64,000 bases of DNA from Octopus bimaculoides. Its lineage: Eukaryota. Location of the stretch: contig NC_068991.1 in the NCBI RefSeq assembly GCF_001194135.2, forward strand, positions 7,365,174-7,429,173, written 5' to 3'. The notes beneath the pieces were generated by a model, which did not search any database, had not been told where the DNA came from, and was given only the letters and a program-made list of their open reading frames with translations. Of the stretch, positions 12,761 through 25,676 are shown piece after piece. The position numbers were made by a program, and so were the translations under genes. Every line of letters begins with the position of its first letter. The stretch's first letter is position 1.

Positions 12761-15645
12761 CCATGAATGCACCGAAAATGGATATCAGAAACAACTGTAA
12801 GTCTGTAATGCACAAATAAAGGTATAAAACCCATTATTTGTGCCTTTTTCTTACATACGTAAGGTGTGGTAAGAAGCTTGCCTTGCAATCACAGTACAGG
12901 GCTCAGTCCCACAGCACCTTGGGCAAGTGTTTCTCTACTATAGCTTCTGGCCTAACAAAGCCTTCTGAGTGGATTTGCTACATGGAAACAAACAAAAAGC
13001 ATATATATATATATAAATATACACACACATATATATTGCCAGTGCCCCTGGACTGGCTCTTGTGCGGGTGACACATAAAAGACACCATTTCGAGCATGGC
13101 CGTTTTCGTGCGGGTGACATGTAAAAGCACCCACTACACTCTCTGAGTGGTTGGCGTTAGGAAGGGCATCCAGCTGCAGAAACGCTGCCAAATTAGATTG
13201 GNNNNNNNNNNCACTCTCTGAGTGGTTGGCGTTAGGAAGGGCATCCAGCTGCAGAAACGCTGCCAAATTAGATTGGAGCCTGGTGTTGCCATCCGGTTTC
13301 ACCAGTCCTCAGTCAAATCGTCCAACCCATGCTAGCATGGAAAGCGGACGTTAAATGATGATGATGATATATATGTATGTATGTGTTCGTCCACCTACCA
13401 TCGTTTGACAACTGATGTTGGTGTGAATAACTTAGCAGTTCGCCAAAAGAGTGATACAATAACTACTAGGCTTACAAATAATAAGTCCTGGAGTTGATTT
13501 CGACTAAAACTCTTATAAGGTGGTGCTCCAGCATGACCAGTCAAAATGACTGAAACAAGTAAAAGAATATATATATATAAACATGATTCTATCAAATCCA
13601 CTCACAAAGCTTTTGTTAACTTGAGGCCCAAGCTGCCATGCAGTAGGACTGAACCTGAAACCATGCAGTTAGGAAGCAAACTTCTTAACCACACCCCCAC
13701 ATCTGAAGGCAGCTTGAAGAATATAATACTAGAAAGTTGCAAGTAGACAGCTTCGTGTCAGAGAAATAGAAATAAAATTCAACATATTCAAAAATGATAT
13801 TAACAAATTTTTATCTTTTCCATTTGTTATTGTAATAAAGGAGAAAGATGAAACATAAAATAAATGAAAACAATATTGTTATTTTGATAATTCATTGAAA
13901 GATGTTGAATGATTTCATTACTCCTGAGATATATATAAAGTTGTATGAAATGAAATTTTATCAGTACAAAAAAAAAAAAAAAAAAAAAAAAGGAAAGCTT
14001 TTCTTGAAATATCTATGATTATTTAAATTAAAAAAAAAAACATATTGGCAGGAAGTAACATTATATAAACAAAAAAATTCAGTCAAGATTAACAATGACA
14101 TTAGTACAGACAGAAACAACTGATTCCAGTATAGGCACAAAGCCTGAAAACTGGTTTAAAAAAAAAAAATGTGGCGTTGATACCATGAATCCCAGTATAT
14201 AACTGGTACTTTATTTTATTAACCCCAAAAGAATGAAAAGCACAGTTGATCTTGGTGGTATTTGAACTCGGAACATAAAGAGCTAAAAGAAATACCTCAA
14301 GGCATTGTTTGATGTTGTAGAAACACTACCAATCCATAATAATGACGAAGCTTTTGCAAGGGGAAACAACTCCATATTGTTTGTCGTTGAACCTGTTTAC
14401 AACTGGTTATTTCCCTGCTATAAGAAATGATTCATTGTAAACGAGAAATAATCAAAGGAACCAGTGAAGAAATATTTGTCAATTAATATTCCTAATTTGA
14501 TATAGAATATAGATATATGAATATATATATATGAATAAGTAAACCTAAACAAAATACTTATTTAAATTCACTCAGACGAACCAGTAATATCATATTTCAC
14601 ATGAGCAGAAATACAGGGTGTCTAAAAAACAAAATTGAATTTTCATCATCAACCCTTGGATATTACTGTGTTGAACCTTAAGCCTCATAAGACACATTAC
14701 CTGGTTTCCATAGCATATAAGTGACTGAGATCGCAACATTCCCCCTGGATGGGATGCCAGTCCATTGCAGTGTTACTCATTTACAGCTGAGTGGACTGGA
14801 GCAATGTGATATGAAGTGTTTTGATCAAAAACACAACACACTGCCCAATCTAGCTATCGAAACCATGATCTTGCGGTCCTCAGTGCAACACCCTAACCAC
14901 TAGGCTATACGCTTTCATCTTTTTTTTTCTTTTTATCAGCATATCCTATAATGATTTGATTCCATTAAAAATTTTTTCAAGTGCCAAATTATACAATCCA
15001 GTGATGAAATGTAGAGAGGAAAACTAAGTTGTTTCATCAAAAGTGCTTGAATCATTTGTAATTTTGCAAACCTAAATCCTCATATTTTTGCTCTGAGTTA
15101 AGGATTTGTCTTTTAATTACAGTAAGAACAGTATGCAGAAAGAGAAGTGATTTTGTTCGTTAGAAAATAAAACCTTTGCAGGAGCATTTTTTTTTTTTTT
15201 TTAATGTTTGCAAAGAATTATAAACAAACAGTAATTTTAGAATTTTAATAATAGAAAAGATAGTGATGACAAGATGATATGAAAACAGTCTTTGATAAAG
15301 CTATTCAACTAAGAAAACAATACATGGTATAGCAGCAATTGTTACTATTGCTTGACAAATTCCACAGCATAGAATGTCAACTCAGAAATATGGTTCTCCC
15401 TATGTGAAAAATTCAAAGGAATTTATCAAACTTTTGGAGTAAACTTTTACCAAGAGAATAACTATGAGTGTCTCTAAACTGAGAGAGATGGGGGTGGGGC
15501 AAAGAAAAAAAATAAAATAAAATCAACAAAATGATAAATAATTAGATTGAGACCTCTAAGATAGGAGCCAATATGAAATGTCATTATTATTATTATTTAC
15601 TCTTTTTTTTCATTTTTTTTTTGTTAGTAATTACTTTGATAGATA

Positions 15646-18624
15646 TTAATCTTCAGTCCATTCAAACGGCTCTGGAGGTTCTGGTTCTGATTCTTCTTCG
15701 ACTTTGGGACCACCTGCAGCAATAGGTTCTACAAGGTCTTCAAGATCATCTGGTTTGCGATTGTGTAACATAATGATTCCTCCGCTCGTTACATCTTTCA
15801 CTGACGTATATCTCGAGGAATCTGGCATGGTGATCATTCGGAGCTGTGCACGCATAACTCGAGCTGGGTTGTCTAATAACTCAAAGTTTGCTTCTGGCTT
15901 CTTTTCTTTTTCTTCCTCTTTCTTTTCTTCTTTTCCTTCTTTCCCTTCCTCTTTCTTCTCTTTAACCACTTCTTTCTTCTCTTCCTTTTTCTCTGTTTTA
16001 GCAGTCTTCTTTTCTGGCTCATCTGAAGTCTCTTCATCTACATCCATTTTCTCTTCTTTCTCCTTCTTTTCAGCTTCTTTTTTCTTTTGTTTAGCTGTAA
16101 TACTGAGGACAGCAGTTTTAACTTTTTCTTTAGTTTTGTCTTTTTTTTCTTCTAAATGAGGTGGGTATGCAAATGTGGAAGGTTTTGCATTAGAACGAAA
16201 CTGTACTTTTGGCATTAACAAATTGCTGTTGAGTCCAATTATACAAGTAGGCTTAAATGCCAAGGATAAAAAGTGAGTAAGAGGGTACCAAAACCAATAC
16301 TGACAAAACACCAACATTCCTACCACAGCTTCCATATTGGTATGACCTGTGCGAGACTGAAGAGAAATAGTAACATTTCGACCACCGGCATCTAGTATTC
16401 CTTGGGCTAAGATAGCGCCAAATTTTGCCATAACATCATCATGTTTGTCAGTAATTACTTTAGTATATAATTGACGGAAGTGTGTGACTTTCGGGCAAGT
16501 GATTTCATTTTGCTGAATAAGAACTAGAGCTGAAGCAATGAGGGCCCCTTGCCGTACGTAGTTAACAGGGTCATTAGTCATGGGTTCCAACAGGGTCAGA
16601 GCTTCTTTTAGACCAGTTCCAGCACAAGCAATGCCCAAAGCCATTGCAGCACCAAATCTAACATGAGGATTATAACTTTCCGATAGTAAAGAGACAACTT
16701 GTGGACATTTTTCAGGAGTCCGGAACAGAAGAAATCCAAGGGAAGTGACAGCGACACGTCTCACATCATCATTGACGTCGCTGACAGCAATATGGAGCAA
16801 TTTTCTGATAGCTTGGTTGTTGCCAGAACCACAGTAAGCCATAGCAAGGGTATACATGCCAGACCAACGAAGAATAGGATCCTTATCTTGAGACAAAGTT
16901 TTGACTAGTTCGTCAGCTTCTTCCATCCGACCATACATGGTAAGGGCGATACCAACGGACAAGCCACGAAGAATTTTCTCGTGCTGAGTATCCTGTGCAT
17001 ATACAAGCATATCGTGGATAGCAGCATCATTCTTAGTTCCAAGCATTACTAACCCCATAGCAAGTCCTGCTGCTTCACCAGTCACTGCATCATCTTGGTA
17101 CAAATTTATCCGAAGTTGTTCAAAGATATCTTGCTGAGCAGTACCCATCGCTGCCAGACCCAAGCCAAGACAACCTCCATGTCTCACCATTTCGTTTGTG
17201 GCCTCTTTAAGTTGACTGAGTAAATAATTTGTAATCTCACCTCCATGATTAGCATGAATTAATCCAAGAGCATAAAGACCCCCACCTTCTGAATAGGTAG
17301 ATCCTGGACTCGAGTCTTTGGGTAGATATGTAGACATGAAATTCAAGACATCCTTCTCATGGCCCTTATGAATAACACCAAGACTTGCAGTTGCAGTGAA
17401 TTTAGCCCAGTTAGTGGCACGAGCCAACCATTCTAAATTGTCGCGAAGAAACTGATCGCATGTAGTGCCACAATGCATAAAAGAATTGGCAATAACAGTG
17501 GCTGAGTGACACAAGGAATTACGAACAGCATCTTTGGTATTTTTCAGAATCAATGAATCAGTTTTATTGTTCCTAATAAGGAAATCCAAGTGCAATTTTA
17601 TAGTGTTTTCTCCTCCAAGAATGGTATAAAGTTTGACAATTTTCTCCTGAAGATCTTTTTGGTCTTCAGTTAGCGACGGACTTGCAGGTGCTGGTGCAGC
17701 TGCTTCTGCGGATTTCTCCTCATCGACTTCCATTTTCTCTTCCTTGTTTTCTACACTGGGAGCAACTTGTTTTTCTTCTTCCGTTTTCATGGACGGTAAT
17801 GGTGCTGGGGCCACCTGCCGAAGCCAGTTTTGCACCTCCTGTAGAAATTGTTGGGTCGCACTCTCATACAAATCAAATGCAATTTGAAGAGCTTTAAGTT
17901 GCGATTCTTCATTTCCCTTAATTAATTTCTCTAGGATATTTGCAACAGATTGGTGGTCATCCAAGAAAATATAACACTGACATACACTGATATAATCTGG
18001 GGACTTAAGGCGCATGTAGAGCTCAGTAAGAACACGTAGTACATCATTTCTAAAATGTCTACTCATTATGTGAGATAAACAAACTTTTAAACTATATGCC
18101 AACATTGCCGAAGGGTCATCCGATTCCAAAATTGCTTTTTCAAACATATCAATCCTTCTTGTTTCCAAAGCAATACCCACAACTTGTTTATATTGTTTAT
18201 CATCAAAACACCTCTGAAACATTCGATTAACTATCGCTTCAAGTCGAGTATCCATCATTTTAGCATCATCTTGTGTTTCAGCGTTAATAACCTGCGTTTT
18301 GGTATATTGGTCCATACATTTTGCTTTGATTGTAGACACATATTCAGAAGTATCAGTAACATCAAACAAATTGAGGGCTCCCAAAGCATACTTAAGTGAA
18401 TCCTCATAAGCCCCAAGATGATAATAAACTTTAGAAGCAACTAAAGCAGCCAGATCACGGCAACGGAAATCATGACTTTCATACAATACCTCAATTTTTA
18501 CAACCGCTTCAGCTATTTCAGCCCAAAATACATCAACGATCTTGTTTAGTTTTTCCAAAGCAAATACCTTCAGTTGTTCGTCCGGTTCGTCCAGCAGAGA
18601 TATAACTCCTGAAGCCGAAGTCAT
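15646..18624 (-). CDS. PSMD1: 26S proteasome non-ATPase regulatory subunit 1 (Rpn2), intronless
   Basis: One continuous [16 protein letters not shown] start at 18624 (in-frame ATGs at 18636 and 18642 are alternatives), PC-repeat motifs ([46 protein letters not shown]), C-terminal [10 protein letters not shown]. Confidence 0.97.
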   Translation of the reverse strand: MTSASGVISLLDEPDEQLKVFALEKLNKIVDVFWAEIAEAVVKIEVLYESHDFRCRDLAALVASKVYYHLGAYEDSLKYALGALNLFDVTDTSEYVSTIKAKCMDQYTKTQVINAETQDDAKMMDTRLEAIVNRMFQRCFDDKQYKQVVGIALETRRIDMFEKAILESDDPSAMLAYSLKVCLSHIMSRHFRNDVLRVLTELYMRLKSPDYISVCQCYIFLDDHQSVANILEKLIKGNEESQLKALQIAFDLYESATQQFLQEVQNWLRQVAPAPLPSMKTEEEKQVAPSVENKEEKMEVDEEKSAEAAAPAPASPSLTEDQKDLQEKIVKLYTILGGENTIKLHLDFLIRNNKTDSLILKNTKDAVRNSLCHSATVIANSFMHCGTTCDQFLRDNLEWLARATNWAKFTATASLGVIHKGHEKDVLNFMSTYLPKDSSPGSTYSEGGGLYALGLIHANHGGEITNYLLSQLKEATNEMVRHGGCLGLGLAAMGTAQQDIFEQLRINLYQDDAVTGEAAGLAMGLVMLGTKNDAAIHDMLVYAQDTQHEKILRGLSVGIALTMYGRMEEADELVKTLSQDKDPILRWSGMYTLAMAYCGSGNNQAIRKLLHIAVSDVNDDVRRVAVTSLGFLLFRTPEKCPQVVSLLSESYNPHVRFGAAMALGIACAGTGLKEALTLLEPMTNDPVNYVRQGALIASALVLIQQNEITCPKVTHFRQLYTKVITDKHDDVMAKFGAILAQGILDAGGRNVTISLQSRTGHTNMEAVVGMLVFCQYWFWYPLTHFLSLAFKPTCIIGLNSNLLMPKVQFRSNAKPSTFAYPPHLEEKKDKTKEKVKTAVLSITAKQKKKEAEKKEKEEKMDVDEETSDEPEKKTAKTEKKEEKKEVVKEKKEEGKEGKEEKKEEEKEKKPEANFELLDNPARVMRAQLRMITMPDSSRYTSVKDVTSGGIIMLHNRKPDDLEDLVEPIAAGGPKVEEESEPEPPEPFEWTED

Positions 18625-18679
18625 ATGAGTTTTCATCTTCATGGTTTTTTTGACAACGGAAACTTTAATAAGCAGCAAA

Positions 18680-18905
18680 AGTTGTCAGATACAAACAACA
18701 ACGTGACACAGCACAAGTTCGAGATGGAAAATGGCGCCGGTCTGCTGACACCTTTACTGGGGAGAGTAACACTTACACAAACTACTCCCCTCCCGGTAAA
18801 AAAGAGCTTATGTTCCGGTTATTCCCCTTTTAAATATCCCGAGTGTCACTCTCTGTTGCGGAGGGCATCTGGTGGCAACGAAGGTCAGGATGAAGTTAAC
18901 TGGTT
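18680..18905. promoter_or_regulatory. Candidate bidirectional promoter PSMD1 / roh-like gene, with putative non-coding first exon ending at donor TG|GTTAGT (18902/18903)
   Basis: Locally GC/CpG-richer, YY1-like AAAATGGCG at 18728-18736, donor-like site on plus. The next plus-strand coding exon (21401) begins at a splice acceptor and so needs an upstream exon. Confidence 0.45.
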
Positions 18906-19439
18906 AGTATCTTTAATCTCTTTATTTTATTATCAATTAATTATAATATCAATTTAGCGTCAGTGTTTATTTAACAACCATGTTAACTAAATATATGAGT
19001 AATTATCAATTTTTATTAGTCAATAGTTGATAAGTAATTAATACGATTATAATTTTATAGTAGTGTGAGCAAGTGCTTTTATGAGATGAAAAATAAGTAT
19101 CATTATTAATATTAAAATATTTTTTTATCTCTAAAGGTAAACTTAATAGTACGAAAAATATTAATTGTATTAGTTAATTTATCTAACGTTCCCGAGTAAT
19201 TTTTCAATCTTAAGTATATAACTCCTATCAGCAGAAGATTTTTCACTCGAAATCATTAAGTTAAAATATTACAATCACATTATTTCGTTAGCCTTGAGAA
19301 GTTATAAGTTTAAAATTACTGGGATATATATGAATGGAAGTTAAGATGCTCACATTTAATGTTTTAACCCCGTGAAACGTTCTGGTGGCTGATTTGTAAT
19401 ATCCTCTTGAAGTAACCTCCATTTACAATCAGAGTTGCC

Positions 19440-19630
19440 TCTATGTGGTCCTTCGACTTGCTAGAAAAAGCAGCCAAATTCACAAAATGCACCCTACCAT
19501 CTCAAATCAAAAAAAAAAAAATCGAAAGATACAATTTAGATGATAATCTAGATGCAATGCCTGAAAATACAATGGTCATGGCTAAAACGCTTTGTTATGT
19601 TTACTCATTTAGGGTTGACCTGGAGTTAGC
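19440..19630 (+). repeat. Additional dispersed repeat family (tgctagaaa(t/a)agcagccaaat...atggtca(t/c)(g/a)gct...gacctgg)
   Basis: The same motif order recurs near 4000-4180, 20050-20200, 26290-26420 and 40990-41130. Class not determined. Confidence 0.55.
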
Positions 19631-21400
19631 AACGAATGAACCTCTACGCGGTCATGAAATTTCAAAATTTCGACCAACTCTTACTTATGTAACGAAAATT
19701 ACACTGGACTACATGGTCTGGCTGGCACACCTTTGATTATAGGTTTAGCCGGTCGTGGTTCGCTTGTTAAATTACTATTTTTACGACGTTTTACTAATGA
19801 AGAAACTTCAATTCGGTCGCTTCACTGTTAGTAATAGAAAGTGTCTTTAAAATGGAAGGGCACATTGGAAACTGTACTCTAATATAGGAATCTGGATATA
19901 TAAGAAATGATCGAAAGTAGAACACCTTTGATCGAAGTTGACCTTGAAGGAAACGGCTTTTACCAAAATTATTTTTTATAATTCGAAAGTCATTACTAGT
20001 TCCCTATTTTCAGGACCAAAAATTTTATCGAGCCAGGGCAGGCTCACAGTTGCTCTACCTGCTAGAAATAGCTGCCAAATTTCCCTCATATCATACTCTC
20101 TTGTATTTTAATAAGGAAAAGATTCCTTGGAATTCTAGATATTCACGAAAAGATGTGATTTGAGCATAGATCTGGCTCATTTAATTTGACCTTGGTCTAA
20201 ACGACAGCTTTTTGTCAAAATTAAGTGTTGTTTTCTCTTTCAAAAGCTTATGTTTAATTGTAAAATTTTTGAAAGATCATTGAAATATTTTGTGGATGTA
20301 GTTCCTGGATAAATACGGCCAAACCACTTGGTTAACAGTTGAATTATAAACAAAGGCAATGTAGGAGCCATCCTAATGTTTCTTAGAATGTCTGAGCTCT
20401 GTGTTTCTTTTGTCAAAAGAACTTGCTACATTTATATATTCTGTTGTTAATATGTAAACTTATCTGATCAACGTCTGCGCTCTTTCTATCTTGTATACAG
20501 TATGTGACGTCATTATTAAGTGTGTTGTGGTGTTACATGCACTTGGCCTGCTTGCCCGTGGTTAGGACTACTGAAGGTGACTATCACTTCCATGTGGAAA
20601 GTTTTATGATGTTCCGTTTGAATAAAGTTGGTGAACCACGTGTGACGTTTTGAAGTAATGTTATTATCGTTTTAACATCCATTTTCCCATATGTTCATGC
20701 CACAAGCTCCAGCATTAATTTGGTCTCCTTTATAATGGAAACCTATAGGCGTCGAGCTGGCAGAAACGTTAGCACGCCGGGCGAAATGCTTAGTGGTATT
20801 TCGTCTGCCGTTACGTTCTGAGTTCAAATTCCGCCAAGTTCGATTTTGCCTTTCATCCTTTCGGGGTCAATAACTTAAGTACCAGTTGTGTACTGAGGTC
20901 AATCTAATCGACTGGTCCCCTCCCCAGAAATTTCGGGCCTTGTACCTAGAGTAGAAGAGTATAATTGATACCTATATTTTGCAAGCCATCTGAAGTCCTA
21001 GTTAACCCTTAATATGTCAGAAATCCTTCTATCTATTTATATATTCATTGCTCCCTACATAACAAGTAAGGGTACTCCCTTGATGGCACTGAGATTCAGC
21101 CTATTATAAGTTAACCATGACCATCTATTAGAGTTATACTCAACTCAAAAGCTTCTCTATTACTGTAACTTTATTTAACTGTTTCAATATCATACAATAT
21201 AACATTTACACACTAAATATGGTTTGTCATTTGTAAACCTTTTAAAAGTTTTGTTAATAGCCATGGTTGTGTGATTGAGAACCCATGTGGTCTTGGATTC
21301 CATGCCACTGTACAGCACCTTAGACAAATCTCATCTACTAATTCATGAACGTTTTTCTATCTCATTTCCATATGTAATTTCTTTTTTTTTCTTTTTAGAG

Positions 21401-22159
21401 ATGAAAATGGCTGAACAAATGAGGTACCCATATACTATGAGTGCCAAGATGATGCGCTTTCCATGGAAGTACCATTGGGCTAATGCTAGATTTTTGAGAT
21501 ATTTGACATATGCTATCATCATAGCATCTCCTCTTTACATCAAGATCCATAAATTTGGTAAGAATTTTTCTGAATTTTTTTTTTCTTTTCTTTTCGTTGC
21601 AAAACTACTCTTCAACTATTTTATTGGTTCACTTGGTGACCCTGTTGATGCTGGTACCACATAAAAAAGCACCCTGTGCTCTTTGTAATGTTGTTAGTGT
21701 TAGGAAGGGCATCCCAGCCATTGAAACCATTCCAAAACAGACAATGGAGCTGGTGCAGCTCCTGTCAAACTCTGCAACCTATGCCAGCATGGAGAGTGGA
21801 CATTTGATGATGATGATGATGATCTGAAGTAGCCAATGATGGCATAGTTTGTGATCTTTTTCTCTTTTCTGTTCTTCAGATTTATGGCTGCCTTTTATTT
21901 ACATTTTTCACTTTAATCTATATTGTATATCTCTTCTGCTATTCCAGTTATTTTTGGACATAATCACATCGTGAGGTACATAAATATTTCTGTACATACA
22001 TATAGGTAGCCAGTATAACTGTGTGGTTAAGAAGCTTGCTTCTCATCCACATGGTTTCAGATTCAATCCCAGTGTGCAGCACCATGAGCAGGTGTCTTCT
22101 AGCCCTAGGCCAACCAAAAACTTGAGTGGATTTGGTAGATTGAAACTGAAAGAAACCCA

Positions 22160-22200
<41 letters not shown>

Positions 22201-22840
22201 ATACAAGGGTGCACACAAACACATATTTTTATATATATATATAAATATATATATATATTTTTCATCTCNNNNNNNNNNNNNNNNNNNNNNNNNNNNNNNN
22301 NNNNNNNNNNNNNNNNNNNNNNNNNNNNNNNNNNNNNNNNNNNNNNNNNTGTGTGCACCCTTGTATTGCCATCACATGATTCTAGTAAATGAACATCATC
22401 ATCATATACGATGGTTTGACAAGGGCTGGCCAAGCAGAAGACTACACCAGGCTTCACTGTCTGTTTTGGCAGGGTTTTTATGGCTGGATATCCTTCCTAA
22501 CACCAACTGCCTTGCGTGTGTGTGTGTGTGTGTAAATTACTTGACAAATGTTTTGGGACTGTAGCCTAGACGTTGCAAGTCTAATACACAAACTGAAGAA
22601 ACATGTAGTGCTGAAATGAAAATATATAAAGCACCAAATTAAGGCGAGATAAAAGTGGGCAAATATATTTACTTTATAATAACCTTTGTATGCAATTAAC
22701 TGAAAGTACCATATGTATTTTTTATTTATTTATTTTTAACAGCAAACCAACCTGCCAACTGGGCAAAATGGAATGGCATCAGAGCTAAGAGAGAACGTAA
22801 GTGTCTTCATTGTCTTATTCTAAAATATATTTTCTCTCGC

Positions 22841-22875
<35 letters not shown>

Positions 22876-23677
22876 AATATGGGTGGCAGCTTGCAGAATC
22901 GTTAGCACGCCGGGAGAAATGCTTTGCGGTATTTCATCTGTCTTTACTTTCTGAGTTCAGATACCGCGGAGGTTGACTTTGCTTTTCATTCTTTCGGGAT
23001 CAATAAATTCAGTACCAGTTGAATACTGGGGTCAATCTAATTGACTCCCTCCCCCAAAATTTCAGGCCTTCTACCTAGAGTAGAAAAGAATATGGCTGGC
23101 TAATTTGCAATTTTACAACCTAAAGGCTAAAATATATATGTCACTAAAGTGAACAAGGGCACTAATCAGCACCAGTATTGCTAGAAATAAGAGTCAAAGC
23201 AACTCAATAGCCAGTTCAAATATAAAAATGGAAAAAAAAAGAACATGAGGTTGTGCACAAGAAATGTATTAATTTGACTCTCTCGGTGAAAGGAGAGAGT
23301 TTGGATGTTTCAAGCATAGCTCTTCATCAGAAACGAGAAAGGGAAAGTTCCAAAGATGGAAAAGAAATCCCTAACGGCCCATATGTAGCTACATTATGTA
23401 CATTTATTAAAGCTGCAAAAAACTTACTCAGAGTTTCATATTCCTTTTCATCAGACAGTTGTATTCATCAACTGTCCAACAGACAGGAACATGAAACTTT
23501 GAGTAAGTTTTTTCATAAAAGCATATTACTCTACTTTAGGTATTTGAATACTATTTTTTTCAACCTTGTTTTGCATTTATGTGTCTATTGTGTGTGTGTG
23601 TGTAAATTTTAATACTCCTGGAATGATAATTGTTTTGTTTCTTTACAGATACCCACTTCGATCCTGTCAAGCCTTGA
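21401..23677 (+). CDS. roh: Small single-pass membrane protein, roh (Drosophila CG30415)-like. Exons 21401-21557, 22743-22796, 23649-23677.
   Basis: Spliced peptide (MK)MAEQMRYPYTMSAKMMRFPWKYHWANARFLRYLTYAIIIASPLYIKIHKF|ANQPANWAKWNGIRAKRE|HTHFDPVKP*. GT-AG introns, phases 1/1 consistent, AATAAA at 23751. The RYPYT.SAK...FP.K motif and the AN.P.N.AKW motif match my recollection of insect roh. Symbol is from memory. Confidence 0.75.
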
Positions 23678-25676
23678 GAAAAATGGAGTTTTACTTAGAA
23701 TATAACTTTAGACAATTTTTCAACAGTATTGTTGGGTTAAAAACCTCTAAAATAAAGTAAAACTGTTAAAAAAATTTCTTTTGTTGTTGCTGAATCCACT
23801 TGTTTCTGCAAAGAAAAAAAAAACAAAACATTTATCATTATCATAACTCAATGTGTTTTCCAGGTTTGCATGGGTTGGACGGGGTAACAATAATAATGAC
23901 TTAAGGCTCATCTTTTAAATGAAAATAAGTTCTTTATTAGCCATGGAATAAATTACAAATTATTTTGATGTAATTTACATTGAAATATAACATGGAAAGA
24001 GTGGTAATGAAATTAAGTCTCACTAAAATTTAATCCTTGTCTTGACATAGTATGATTCTTTTGAGTACCAGGTGTCGCTGTCATACAAGCTGCGTCTTTC
24101 AATTCCAATCTTCTGTGAAAATACACCTGACAATGGGGAATATTATTTTGCTTAAAAACAGATGAGAGTTGATGAGAGGAAAGGCATCTTCTCATATCGT
24201 CCAAACCCATGCCAGCATGGAAAACACAGGCATTAAATTATAACGATTCCATGTTTACCTAAAAGTTGTTCATGTGATTCTGTCATGCATATTTTCTGAT
24301 TCCTTTACAATATTTTATCAAGTGTGAAAATAATAGAAGACTTTTGAACAGAAAACAACTGAAACCGATTATTTCCTCACTTGCTGTATACCATATTTGA
24401 TGGCATAAAAATGCACAGGCATATAAGAGACATCCCTATTTCAGCAGTGCTTGTTCAGGAAAAAACTTTTAGTGCATTAGGCCCAACTTATATCCAAGGT
24501 AGTATTAAAAAAAATTTTTTTTCCTGAGACATTTTTGGAAAAATGTTTGTCTTATATGCTAACAAATGTACATATTGCATGGCTGCAAGGAATTTGGCAT
24601 ACAAGTGGGATTTTTATAAAGATTTAAACTCACAGCCATACCGGTAGACACTTCAACAATCCAAATACTCTGAGTGTGATTTGCTACTTTTTTTTTTTTA
24701 TGGCCAATTTAATACTGTTTCAGTCACTTGTTTGCATGGTGTCACAAAAACCAGTATACTGTAAAGTGGTAGGTGTCAGGAAGGGAGACATTTAGCTGTG
24801 TTAACCATGCCAAGGGAGACAATGGAACCTGGTACGGCTCCTTGCTTTGCCAGCTCCTGTCAAATTGTCCAACCCATGGGATTGTCATGCAATTTCGATT
24901 AATTATTACTAATTAGATATTATTTATCTGGAAATTTTCCTTCCCACTCATCATTCCTATTGGCCATGGTTGTCATTCAAAAGCATTACCATTGTGACAT
25001 TTTGGGAAATAACTTGAACATATAGATCTAAATCCAGAAAATTCTTTGCAAATGATTCCTTCACACTGGTATTCTTATTCATGCTTACAGAGCCACATTT
25101 AATGTAATGTTTTACTGCAAGAGACAAGTTACACTTTCTGAAGGTGATTCCTGATTTATAATAGTCTCGAATTTTGGCACAAGGCCAGCAAATTCAAGAG
25201 AGGGAACAAGTTGATTACATTGACTGAAGTGCTCAACTGGTACTCATTTTTATTGACCTCAAAAGGCAAAGTTGGAATTTGAACTCGGAACATAAAGATG
25301 GATGAGATACTGCTAAGCGTTTTGTCCGGTGTGCTAACAATTCTGCCAGTTCACCACCACATTCCTGATTAATATTACAAAGCCTTTTTGATGTGGGACT
25401 TAAAAAAAAAAAAGAATTCATCAAGAAAGACCATATTTTAAAGTCACAATCTGAAAAATAAAACTAATTTTATTAAGAAATATATTTGAATTAATTTTAT
25501 TTCATTTTTTTTGAGGTAATGTATGTAGTTTGTTAGGGTTTATAAAAACATCTTAGCACACGAAATATATATCCCTTGTGAATTAGCTGATAACTCTATG
25601 ACAAGATGTAGATGTTGATAGAATATGTATATACTGCGAAATATTTGTTACAAAATATTCAAGGGTTTTCAAACAG

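Noticed and set aside
13141-13270. Apparent 60-bp tandem duplication around a 10-N gap
   Set aside because: Most likely overlapping contig ends left unmerged by the assembler.
15704-18440. Antisense and alternative-frame ORFs over PSMD1 (likewise 6720-7238 over RPL9, 25612-25986 over ASRGL1, 54592-54852 over PPME1)
   Set aside because: Shadow ORFs of real CDSs, low complexity, no independent homology.
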